A stretch of DNA of 61,688 nucleotides, the filler included, from Globobulimina sp. (Eukaryota): the NCBI GenBank assembly GCA_003354225.1. It is 21 parts of 21 records of this genome, joined end to end, with 100 filler letters (N's around TTAATTAATTAA, not from the genome) between each part and the next. Parts side by side here need not be neighbours in the genome. Positions count along the whole stretch, not along the records: positions 47,087 to 49,927 come from PIVH01004665.1; positions 50,028 to 52,868 come from PIVH01004666.1; positions 52,969 to 55,808 come from PIVH01004667.1; positions 55,909 to 58,748 come from PIVH01004668.1; positions 58,849 to 61,688 come from PIVH01004669.1; 16 more parts are not named here. The stretch is one strand, 5' to 3'. The first letter of the stretch is position 1. Every line of letters starts with the position of its first letter. Of this stretch, positions 47,087 to 58,994 are shown piece by piece. The notes under the pieces were generated by a model. That model was not told the DNA's origin, ran no database searches, and was given only the letters and a program-made list of their open reading frames with translations. The position numbers were made by a program, and so were the translations under genes.

Positions 47087-49338
47087 TTCTTACTAGTTTT
47101 CTGTCTATATCTCCCACTGAATTTCCTATGTCTATTCCTATGAAAATTCATTAATTCCTCGTACATCAAATGTCGAACCCCAAACAATGTATTGATTTTC
47201 GCCTCAAAGTCTCCCGATAAATCAAATTTCTCTGAACACATATCCAACTGCTGCTCATCCTGCTGGCTCGCAAACTCATTGCCTATCTCTTGTATTTGTT
47301 GCTGCGTCTTCCGAATCTCTCTCATTTTCTTTACATGCGACTGAACCGTCGCATTATATAACTCTGACAACCATTCACTTTGCAAACAGCTTTGCACCGA
47401 CACTCTTTGATGCGGATCCATGGATAGCATCACTTTGATCAATTTACGCGACGCATCGGTGGCAGTGGGGAATAATTGTTTGAACGGCTGACCCGGTTTC
47501 CTGTCAATGCCAGATACCCACCGCTTGGCATCAGGCGTCTTAATCCAATCTAAATTGCTCGGCGTCCCAAGATAATGAAATATTAATTTAAGTTGTTCGA
47601 TGTGGTTACTTCCCGGGAAAAACGGTTTACGCAAATATAACTCCGCTAAAATACACCCCACACTCCACACATCCACCAATTCGTCATATTGCCGCGAGGA
47701 ACACATGATTTCTGGCGCGCGATACCAGCGCGTCACCACATATTCAGTTAATTTGCCCTGTTCGTTTTCCTTCAATACGCCGCGCGCTAAGCCAAAATCA
47801 GTGATTTTTAATTTGCAATCACTGCCATTAATTAATATGTTTTCCGGTTTTAAGTCTCTGTGGATCACGCCGGCGGAATGGATGTATTTGAGACCGCGCA
47901 ACAGCTGAAATATAAAATATTGTTTGTGTTTCTCAGATAGGGACTGTTTGGAGCGGATAACGCGTGATAACGTAGTCTCCATTCGGGGCATAATAAGGTA
48001 CACTTCCTCAAAGTCTTCGCGTTCATCGTCATCGGGCGGGATGACTGAGATTAACGGCATCACATTTTCGTGGCGAAAGTGCATCATTAACTTCACTTCG
48101 CGTAATATGCGCTTGGCGTCACTCAATGCACTGAAGACACCTTTGTTTTTCTTGATGGCCACAACTTGATTGCTTCGCATATCGGTGGCCTCAATCACGA
48201 CGGCATACGCGCCTTTGCCCAAAATCTTGGTCGGTTTGTAATAGTCATAAATGACGAATTTCTCACCGTTCAATTTGTAGGTGATTTTCTTTTTGGGTTT
48301 ACGTTTTTTGATGGCTGGTTTCGATGGTTTGGCAATGGGCGCATTTTCAAAAATATCCATCATTTTCTGTTTATGGTCGTCGTCGGTTTGGTCGTCACCG
48401 TCTTGCATAGTGCTTAGAATATGATTATGTGCATGATTTTTATTTAATTCTTCAATTTGTTTTTGGGTTTCAATCATTTCCATTCTTCGCCTGGCCTCTG
48501 CTTCTTTTTTTTGTTGTTGCCGTATTTTCTCGATATCTTTCATTGGAGCCATACTGTATCTCTTCCTGTTTCTTTTTTCGTTGTCGTTGTTGCTCTTTTT
48601 TTCATGAATACTGCCTCCTTTGTCATTGCTATTGTTGCAGTTGCTATTATCAGTGCTATTTTTGACAGGTTTTCCATTGATGAATTGACGGTTTTTTAAG
48701 CCGAATTTGTGTGAGTTTTGCAAATTCATAGCATCGCCCAGCGATCGACGATACGAGGGACCCCTTAGGTAATTACGTGTATTTTAGATTATATTTGTAG
48801 AACCTTTGTAGATTAACTTATTTTGTGTTTTATTGGTATAATTATTTAGTGCTTGTAAACGATTTTGAACTTTTGGATTATTATTTACAGCATGTTGATA
48901 TATCGATGGGTTATTGCTGTTTTTACCGTTAACATTTTGATGATTAATATAATTATTATTTGGTTCTATTGCTACTGGTCTTGGTGGTGTGGCTTTGATT
49001 TGTTGTGGTTGTGGCTGTGGCTTTGGTTTTGGTTTTGGTTGTTGGTTATTTGTATTATGATTGATATGGGTGGGGCTAAATATAGGTGGCTCAACGTCTT
49101 GTGATGAATCCGTAGGTACGGGATCTGTTGTTAATGACGAAAATTGTTCAGTTATAGGTGGTGATGATTGCTGGGTACGCGTATTATAACTATTATGGTT
49201 GCTGTTGCTGTGATGATCTTTATGAGAGAATATTTGTGTAAATTTTGTTTTTATTTTTTCTAATGATTTTGTTCTGGACCTTTTTAATTTAAATGATGCA
49301 GAAGAAGTTTGGTCGTGGATAACTTGATCAGTTGACAT
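47087..49338 (-). CDS. MAP kinase (TEY) with a long low-complexity N-terminal extension; intron 48764-48817; 3'-partial
   Basis: GKGAYAVV, VAIKK, HRDLKPEN, DFGLAR, LTEYVVTRWYRAPE. Confidence 0.95.
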
Positions 49339-49482
49339 TATGTATAAATATATATTTTATGATAATTAATAGGTTTTAGCTATAAAGAGTGGAAGGATTA
49401 AAAAAAGGATTTTTAACCAAAACTACGGTAAAGATTCATTCATTGTATGTAGAAAGAACAAACACAAATAATAACAAGCAAA

Positions 49483-49927
49483 TCAATGGATTATTTTTGC
49501 TTTATTTTCATTGGTTGTATTTTGTGTAATAATTCTATTTTTAAATTTAATTCCATAGTCTGTGCATTTATTTAATATCATATTAGATAATGTAATATTC
49601 GTAGCATCAATAACACCAATATTTTCCTTATAGTTTTTGTCAATATCGCCATTTAATAAGAATTGTGTTGCAATGGCTAACGGAAATCCAACAGTTCGGG
49701 ACATTGCCGAATATTCATCGTCGCCATACACCAACAATGATGACTCATACATCTTATTCTCATTCGTTGATATTCTGTTTATCATTATTACCATATCCCG
49801 TTCCTCCACTTCATCAAAACACAATTTATGTTCTAATAACTCACAAAATGCATTCATTGCAGATTTATGAGTGTTATTTAATTTTGTATTGCTATCAAAA
49901 ATATGTAAATCAGTTTCTAAACATTGA
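49483..49927 (-). CDS. LYS9: Saccharopine dehydrogenase C-terminal fragment
   Basis: FCELLEHKL...ERDMVIM...SSLLVYGD..YSAMSRTVGFPLAIATQFLLNGDI. Confidence 0.85.
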
Positions 49928-50282
49928 NNNNNNNNNNNNNNNNNNNNNNNNNNNNNNNNNNNNNNNNNNNNTTAATTAATTAANNNNNNNNNNNNNNNNN
50001 NNNNNNNNNNNNNNNNNNNNNNNNNNNCCGGATCGCCTTTTACAAACAGAAGCTCGCTTTTAAGCAGTTGATACGGAAGTTCGGATAGCGTTTCGTCGAT
50101 TAAACAAATATCCTTGTGCTGCATCAAAGTATCCAGCCTTATCTCATCCACAAGTTCCTGGAAAATTATCTTTCATCGTATCGCATAGTTCAACATACTC
50201 CATGGCCTTTTCAAACTTTTCCAGGACAACACATTCCATCAGAAAAACTCTTGCCTGACTAAGTTTTTTATCAAATACTATC

Positions 50283-51080
50283 ATGCCTTCAACAGTTGCA
50301 AGTCTGCAAGATTGCGAGTATCTTTTTTCTGGTTATATTCGGGAAGAATTTGGTAAATTTCATGGAAATGAAGTCATACCAAATGAGATAGTGCTGATAA
50401 TGTTATCATTTTATCCAATCACAACCATAAATTGGAATAAAGACTTGATTAATATGCAAACATCAGAGATTAATATCAGAATTCATGAATCTTTCCTACA
50501 TTTGTCTGGTCATATAAATTTTAAAAAGAGTCGCTCCAATAATTATGAACAAATTGGTGAAATTGTATTGAAGGAATTGTGTCCAACTGCAGAAACAGTG
50601 CAATTGCAGCCATTAAAAGGCGTTTGGGGCTCCGCCAGATTAGCATGGAACAAACATGGTATTATTTCAATTAAACCCAGAAAAAGTATTTGGTTAAATG
50701 CATCAATTTATTTTCCAACTCAATATGTCAGAAAAAAAGCGCAACAAAAAATGGAAAAATTGCAAAATAAATATAAAAATAAAATTGAATGGGAAGAAAA
50801 TCAAATCGATTTTGCAAAAACAGATTTTAACATTGAAAAAAGGGATAAGATGGTTTATGTTTCAGGTCATTTGGAGTTTGTAAGCCAACAACATAACAGT
50901 GGTTATGTTAAGATTGGACAACTGTGCAAAGACTATATTCCTTTGTCACATACATTAGAATTGGTTGCGTTGAAAGGTGTTGGAGGAGTTGCAAGATTTG
51001 AATGGTATAAAAATGGTACAGTTTGGTTGAAACCCAAAAGAAATGTTTGGCTTAATCTTATGTTTCCAACCAACGATTAA
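50283..51080 (+). CDS. Box motif + two tandem ~95-aa beta-rich domains
   Basis: LFSGYIR...IPNEIVLIMLSFY; repeats LSGHINF...IGEI...LKGVWGSAR...KPRKSIWLN and VSGHLEF...IGQL...LKGVGGVAR...KPKRNVWLN. Confidence 0.7.
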   Translation: MPSTVASLQDCEYLFSGYIREEFGKFHGNEVIPNEIVLIMLSFYPITTINWNKDLINMQTSEINIRIHESFLHLSGHINFKKSRSNNYEQIGEIVLKELCPTAETVQLQPLKGVWGSARLAWNKHGIISIKPRKSIWLNASIYFPTQYVRKKAQQKMEKLQNKYKNKIEWEENQIDFAKTDFNIEKRDKMVYVSGHLEFVSQQHNSGYVKIGQLCKDYIPLSHTLELVALKGVGGVARFEWYKNGTVWLKPKRNVWLNLMFPTND

Positions 51081-51306
51081 TTTCCGTTTAATACTGTTTT
51101 CAATGTTGTGTATCTATGTATTATTTTTTCTTAGTAATATTCCTGTTTACCACTGATTATGAAATTAATATACCACTGATTTAATCGACCACCAATTATG
51201 AGTTGTCTTGTTCAAATTGTTGGAAGCAAGCATTGTTAAGATTTTTAGTCTGAAAAAAAAACCGTTGCGTTTGTGAGAATCGACCATCTTTGTTTTCTGT
51301 GCCGTA

Positions 51307-52868
51307 ATGTCGCAAACACAAGAAAACGAGTCGCAACTATATGACTCTCAGGTATGAACGCAATATCCTCTATCCATCCCCACTCATTCTATCAATAAAA
51401 ATTCAAACACAAAAAAATGTAACACAAATAGTCTGATTTAGCATTTTTAGATTTCACGTCCAATCTATCATCTTCACAACCAACCACCCAAACTTTATGC
51501 GGCACCGAATCCCAAATCAATCCATCCCTCACTCAAACCCAAGACACCACCACCTCCGACAACACTGATTACAAATCGGGTTACAACCATGACAGTAACC
51601 TTACCCTCAACATGCACATCAAACCAATCCACCACAGCCACAGTCAAAGCCACAGCCACAGCAACAGCAACAACATCCCCCTCATCCATAGTCATCCCTC
51701 CATATCCAAATCCAAATTGCATAATCACAATAAACGCCTCGACTCTCAACAACAAGCAAACTCCGCGTCCACCCAAACCCAAAACGACTCCGCCTCTCAA
51801 TTGCCACTAATGGACGCACGTGCCTTCGACACGCAGTCTCAGACTCAGACCCAAGCCGCATATACCTCCCCTTCCCAGGCAGCGCAAAATCGCAATAAAA
51901 AAAGCAGCCAAATCCACTCTCAAAATACCGCCATCTCCAGCAAACAGTCCAAAAAAGCCAAAAATATAATAGACGACGACGACCTCGAATTAGAGTTCCA
52001 GCAATTTGATGATCAGGTTTTTATCCCTATCCTTGCACACAAAACAACAAAAAAAGATAAAATAACTGACACACAACACCCATGTAACCCCCCTCAGCAA
52101 TCGCGTCGTCTCCGCATCACCAACACCAATTACCTCGACTCGCAGACGCAGAGCCAAACTCAGACCCAAACCCAGAGCGAGACGCAAAGCTCGCGGCACA
52201 AATCCACCACCTCCGAGTCCAAAATGTCTGAATTAAAGGAAAACAACGCCTCCTTAGACCTCAACAACCCGAACCTGAAGGCCTACGACTTCCAGAACCT
52301 GCCCTCCCACGCCTGCAGCTACTGCGGCATCCACAGCACTTCGTGCGTGGTGCGCTGCGACATCTGCACCAAATGGTTCTGCAACGCGCGCACCAACAAC
52401 AGCGCCGGCTCGCACATCATCCACCACCTCGTCCGCAGCAAACACAAACGCGTGTCGCTGCACAGCGACTGTCCCATCGGCGAGACCAGCTTAGAATGCT
52501 ACAATTGCGGCACGCGCAACATCTTCCTGTTGGGCTTCGTGCCGGCGACCAGCGACGGCGTCGTGGTGCTGTTGTGCCGCAGCCAATGCCTCCACATCTC
52601 CAAATTGCGCGAAATGGAGTGGGACGGCGCCAGCTGGCAGCCCTTGATCCGCGACCGCGAGTTATTAGATTGGTTGGTGCAGTCCCCGCAGCCCATCGAA
52701 TTGATGCGTTCGCGGCAGATCTCTACGGAGCAAATGAACGGTTTGGAGGAGCATTGGAATCAGGTTTGGATAATTCTCCAATGTATGATGATGTACCATT
52801 TGACAGCGAGAAGAATCTTCTGATGTTGGCAGTGGTGTGCACCAATTTGACGAGAAGTCCGAGAGATC
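51307..52868 (+). CDS. UPF1: UPF1 (NMD helicase), N-terminus and CH domain, 3'-partial; introns 51352-51431, probably 52017-52097, and from 52764
   Basis: HACSYCGIH...KWFCN...SHIIHHLVRSKHKRVSLH...LECYNCGTRNIFLLGFVPA. Confidence 0.95.
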
Positions 52869-52968
52869 NNNNNNNNNNNNNNNNNNNNNNNNNNNNNNNN
52901 NNNNNNNNNNNNTTAATTAATTAANNNNNNNNNNNNNNNNNNNNNNNNNNNNNNNNNNNNNNNNNNNN

Positions 52969-54031
52969 TTTTGTTTTTTGTTTTTTTTTCATTAAAAACG
53001 GATTATTTATCAAATTTCTTAATACATTCACATTTTCCTCATTAAACTCATCATTACTTATCATTTCATTCAACTTTCGCTTTCTACCTCTTTCTATTCC
53101 CAATATTTGTGATTTTTTTGTGATAATCTGGCTATTATAACTTTTCTTATTATTATTATTATGATTGTCATTGCTTTTCATCCGAATATAATTATCTCTC
53201 GAACAACATTGCCATTCTCTTAAATTATAATTACATCCATTGATAATCCGTTGCACCGTATGATCGAATTCGTGCTTATTTCGCATATATAAATCTGCAG
53301 CAAACTTGTTCAAAATCACCGATTTTGTACACTTGTTTGCATCCGAAACATAATTATGATTCTTATTCTTATTCGATTCATATTTATGAGCTTTAATACT
53401 TGAGAACATATAATCAGAGGGCTTGGAATTGTGACTGTTATTATTTGTGAGACACGGCGTAACAAATAACTTTTGAACGGAAACAATTATGTCATTCAAT
53501 GAGAACACAGGCGACCAATTATTCAATATATTTAAACCAATTTGCTTTGTTTCCAGGTTAATGTTTGGATGAAATATATCATTTTTACATAAAATAAATG
53601 GCGCTGAATACGGGTAATCTTTTTTTATCGATACATAGAATGGGAAGATTCCATTGCGGTAATAACCTTCGATTGGCTTTATCGTAAACTCAAAATCCAA
53701 TAAATTTGATGCATTTGCTTTTATGCTATGGATATATTGCTGTTATTATATGTGTTTGTATTTATATATACATGTATTTATACGTTGTAGTCGGAGCACC
53801 AAATGATTTGTATTTCGATTCATTTATTTCATTTAAATCTTTTTCAATTCGACATTCTGCGATTGATTGTTTTTTATTTTTATTCATATTGTTGTGTTGT
53901 TTATTTTTTGTAATACGAAGTTTGGAGAATAGAGTTGTTTGGGTCATTAAAACAATGTCAATGTCATCATCTGTATCACAATGATTTACCGGATTATATC
54001 CGGAATCTTTTGCATCTATTTCCATTGCCAT
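52969..54031 (-). CDS. UBC12/UBE2M-like E2 lacking the catalytic Cys; intron 53726-53783; 3'-partial
   Basis: RIEKDLNEI, FTIKPIEGYYRNGIF, YPYSAP, FHPNINLETKQIGLNILNNWSPV. Confidence 0.82.
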
Positions 54032-54111
54032 GCTCTCCGCAAACAAAGAAACAGAATTTTTCTCTAAAAAATCTTTGCATGCTTAAGATTTTCTAGCTTG
54101 AAGTGAGCCAA

Positions 54112-55075
54112 ATGGCAGAAGCAAATCCATTAAACGAAGGGATGGCTGATATTATTGCCAATATTGTAAACAAAATCGGTGATGATGAGGAGTCTCAGGA
54201 TTTAAAAATGGAGCAACATAATAAAGTAAAACTGATAATATACGATTTTGATCAAACAATAACTGAATTACATTTATATCGAGAATTACATGGTGGGAAA
54301 TTACGAACTTTATCCAAAGTATCGGATGATACATTAATATCAATATTTGGCGGCCAACAAAGGATCACCGATTTAGACGCACACTTTAAATTTTTAACGA
54401 GCCAACACATTGAAATTGGAATCATTTCATTTGGATGGAAAGAAGTTATTAAACAATCGCTAAATCGCTTAAATTTGGGAATATATTTTCAAAATAAAGT
54501 TATATTTGGGAGGGATTCAAAAGAATTTATTGTTGTCAATAAAAATAAAGCCAAAGTTGTTACAATATTGATGCAGCAAAGAAACCTAAATTATAATCAA
54601 GTTAATATGCATTAACTCTCTCTCTCCCTCTCTCTATAATTAATGTTTATATTTATTGAAGGTGTTGTTTGTCGATGACTCATTGGCAAATATCAAGCAG
54701 GCATCGCAAATATGTAAAACATTATATATTGAGAGCCGAAGTGGAATAAACAATGATAATATGGATGAAATTGAGAAACAAATCTATGTATACAATGAAG
54801 ACGAATTAAAAGCATTGAAAGAGATATTAAGTACAAATAATAAATGTGAAGAAAAGGAAAATAAAGAAAATGATGATGATAAGAATGGAAAACAAATGAA
54901 AAGGGTCTCCAATTTGGCAAAATATCAAATAAAATCTGTTCCAAAATGGTTTGCGGATCTTAACAAAGTTGATGATGAAACCGCTGTTATTGAAATAAAG
55001 GAAAATAGCGACGATAAACAGGAAGTTAAAATTGCTCCAACATTTACTTTTGGAAATATTAATAACAATGATTGA
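54112..55075 (+). CDS. HAD-superfamily phosphatase; intron 54601-54661
   Basis: IIYDFDQTIT (DxDxT), IISFG, NKAK, VLFVDDSLANI. Confidence 0.82.
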
Positions 55076-55299
55076 AAGTCAAAAAAAAAACATAATTGAA
55101 AATTATACAGTACTTGTATTGTCATTTAAGATATTAAAATCGTGTTTTTTTCCATCGTACGCGGGTGTATGCATTTTTCATAATGTCTGCTAAAATACAT
55201 GTTGCAATTTATATATAATGAACAAAGCTCCGCTGGCTCGCGCACATTCTGATCACAACCAAAACCTACATCAGGTTTTCTGATAAATGTGCTGAAATA

Positions 55300-55808
55300 A
55301 TGGCACCTAAAAGATCTTTTTTTTACATAATATTATTAATATTGCTTGTAATAACATTATTAGTTCCAGAATGTGATGGAAGAAGAAGAAGAACAAGGAA
55401 AAAAAGAAGGAAAAAAGGCAGAAGAAAAAGAAAAAAAGGCAGAGGCAGAAGAAATAAAAGAAGAAGGAAAAAAAGCAGAAGAAAGAGGAGATATAAGAGG
55501 AAAGCCAGGGCCTTTGCATTGATTACAAATAAATTGAGAAGACGCAGACGCAGACGGCGCCGTCATTGGTTTTGTTCGAAAAGGAATTGTTTCATTATTA
55601 AACAACAAAATAAACTACAAAACTTAATGAGCGATTTGATATTTCATTCGATTGCAATGTCTCCGCCCATTGATATTACCGATCCAAAATATAAAACAGA
55701 ATTAACGCATACTCAACGACAAATGTCTAAATTCCCTGCATTTATACAAGGAGATGTTGGCAGATTGCGGCGGAGAGCATTGTTAATGGAACAGGAAGGA
55801 AACGAAAA
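55300..55808 (+). CDS. Secreted polycationic (Arg/Lys-rich) protein, 3'-partial
   Basis: Signal peptide ending VPECDG followed by long R/K tracts. Confidence 0.65.
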
Positions 55809-55908
55809 NNNNNNNNNNNNNNNNNNNNNNNNNNNNNNNNNNNNNNNNNNNNTTAATTAATTAANNNNNNNNNNNNNNNNNNNNNNNNNNNNNNNNNNNN
55901 NNNNNNNN

Positions 55909-56298
55909 TACAAAACAAAACTTTTCTTGCTGTTTCTTTACCGCTGTGGACAGATCCACCATTACAGAATTAAAGGATTTGCGAGCTTGTAATCGCTTTG
56001 GGTCTTTATCATTTTTGAGGTGGCCATGGTTATTGTTCTTGGGGTGGTTCTCGTTGTTTTGATGATTATTGTGAATGGCAATGTGCAGACTTGGGAATGA
56101 GCTGTTAATATTATTCTCATCACCATCTTCGAATTCAGGCGTATTTTCACGAATGGAGGCATTGTATCTATCCAATATAGCTCGTGGTGACACCGGATTG
56201 TCTTTTTGTGATCTACGTGTAAATGGTAATGGTGTAGTCTCATGTGTTGATATGTCACGTTTGATAGCATGCACTGTTATTGAATTTGGAGCTGCCAT
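55909..56298 (-). CDS. Hypothetical protein N-terminus, partial
   Basis: ATG-initiated ORF running toward the contig end; divergent from the UNC-93 gene. Confidence 0.45.
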
Positions 56299-56394
56299 TC
56301 ACTTCTCAGTAAAATTTCTCAGTAAAAAACATCTCGCAGCAATTAACATTAGGTGTAACTATTTTGTAACTATTTAGAACGCCCAGCCTCAATT

Positions 56395-57828
56395 ATGTGG
56401 CAACTTGACACACCAAAAGTAGCTGAAACGAATGCATCTCTAACTGGATTATGTTTCTTTTTGGTATTCTGTGGCTGGTCAGCAATGTCAAACATAGCCA
56501 CGTCAACCAGAGGAAACACAGGATCTTATTCTTTATCCATTGTCTACTTCACATTGACTGTGGCTAATTTAATTACAGCTAAATTAATATCAAGATATCA
56601 ACCAAAATATATCATGTTGTTTGGCTCACTTTCCTATGGACTGTGTGTTGCATCGAATATTGCTCCAATTCCGATCATACTGTATATCATGTCATTCTTT
56701 GTCGGTGTTGGAGCTGCTGCAATTTGGGTAGCACAGCAATTATATATTACTCAATGTTCAAATTATTATGAAAAACAGAATAATTTGGAACTCAATTCAA
56801 AATTGGGCTATTTCAATGGCTTATTTTATATGATTTATTCATTTAAGAAGATAATTGGGAATTTTATTGGTGCTTTTACAGTGCAAATAGGATTTAGTTT
56901 AGCTGTCATGTATGCAATATTGACTGCATTGTGTTTTATTGGCAGTCTCGGATTTTTGTTATTAAAACCTATGAATGTTGATACTATCAATCATCATATG
57001 ATACAAAATAAAGAAGAAGTTGTCAATTTGTTAGAGTCGGAGTCTGAGTCTCCCAATGAAACTGAAACAATTTCGCACACAGAAATACTTTCTGATTCCG
57101 GAAAAACTAAAACATCACAATTTGAATTGCTGGATAATGAAAACATAGAACTGACATTATCACAAAGTATTTGTAAGATATTTGAATTATGGAAAAATAG
57201 AAATCTTTGGAGCTTGGTGCCTTTTACTTTATATTGCGGAATGGATTCTGCTTTTGGTATGATTTTATTTTATTTTTTAGATTTCCGATAATAAAAATAA
57301 TAATAAATATATGCGCATGCAGTAAATGGAGTGTTTCCATTATTTTGCAGAGAAAGAACAGAATATAAATTCTATATTATTTCGTACAGTGGATTAGTTT
57401 TGTGCATATTCTCAATGATTACCGGTAAATTGTCGGATAAAATAGGTAGGATTTCAATAATATTAATATCTGCATGTTGTCAATCACTTGTTTATATTTG
57501 GTCGATTCGAACAGATTTTAAAGATGCTAACTATACTGAGAATATTTGGTATTTACTGGGATTAAGTACATTGATTGGAATCTCAGGATCGGGATATTTA
57601 ACTCAGATATCAGCTGTTTATCCCATTATATTGGGAAAGAAACCAGAAGTATTTGCGAATTTGAAATTATTTCAAAGCTTAACAATGGCGAGTTCATTCT
57701 ATATGGAAACAAAATTAAATATTGATGTGATAGCTAAAATAAATTTATTAATGTTGGTGATAGGGCTCATGCCATTGATTATAGACTCCTCTGTCAGAAC
57801 TAAATTGCAAAAGACCGCAGGGAAATGA
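56395..57828 (+). CDS. UNC-93-like MFS membrane protein; intron 57257-57322
   Basis: GSYSLSIVY, FFVGVGAAAIWVAQQLYIT, IIGNFIG, GKLSDKIGR, FANLKLFQS. Confidence 0.85.
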
Positions 57829-57857
57829 CAGTCTATAGTCATGTGAAAAAGACAAGT

Positions 57858-58748
57858 TTATTTTTTATGCATCATTTTCTTGCCACATGTTTTAGTTTGC
57901 GTGAATGAATAAATTGTATAAATAGATAATATCCATAAAGATACGGAAGCGAATACAAGTAAATATGTCCCCCATAGTATATGACCTTCCACAGCAAAAC
58001 ATTGCAAACCATGAACTACTTTTGGTACAATACCATTTGTGCCACATATTCTGGCATGATTTTGATTTAATATCCATTGGGATATTTTATCTAACTCTAA
58101 TGTGGCAGCAATAGAAGCGACAGCAAATACATCTAAGGCTGCCCACGCCATACAGGTTTGCATCAAAATATTTAAATAACTTATAAATTTATAACGCATT
58201 GGCATAAACCATAGGAATAATATTGTTAATAATAGTAAAAGTGGGAAAAATATTATAGTTAAAAATAATGTAAATGCTAAGAGAGTGGCTGCTATATGTT
58301 GATCCGTATCAGATCGGACTTGTGATATAATTTGCCATGGAGTGTATGCACGAATTGGACTATGTACAGCCCATCCAAGTAATCCTGTGATGTTATATCT
58401 TGCCGGCGCTGTAAACACAGAATCGATAATACTCCACATGGAACATACAAGCAATAAAAACATAAAAGCACGCGTAAATATTGCAATATACGACGATGGC
58501 ATCAATCTGACACATAATGGCTGATTGTTGCAGTTGGTGTTATCATATTCATTGTTACACTCATTTTTGGATGTTGATGCTGCATATTTTCGATCTAAAT
58601 ATAAGAACGTATGCGAAAATATCATTGATATTACTGTACCAATCACAAATCTATTTATTTAATTATTTTTTAGTTCAACTCCGCTTCCAGAGCTGCATGA
58701 ACTTAACGTATTTAATCCAACATCAGGTTCAACAACAACTTTTAACTC
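57858..58748 (-). CDS. Membrane protein with a PqiA-like domain, 5'-partial
   Basis: Several TM helices; WAALDVFAVASIAATLEL resembles the PqiA WSMLDVF motif. Confidence 0.6.
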
Positions 58749-58994
58749 NNNNNNNNNNNNNNNNNNNNNNNNNNNNNNNNNNNNNNNNNNNNTTAATTAA
58801 TTAANNNNNNNNNNNNNNNNNNNNNNNNNNNNNNNNNNNNNNNNNNNNATAATATATTGGAAATATTTTTTGAAAAGAGCATAAAAAACAAAAAGTCAGG
58901 GTCTTATTTTTTTAAATATTTGAGAAAAAAAACTTTACTCTTTTCAAGTTGACTAAAAACGCTGGTTGCATCATGTGCTTTTGTTTATAATATT

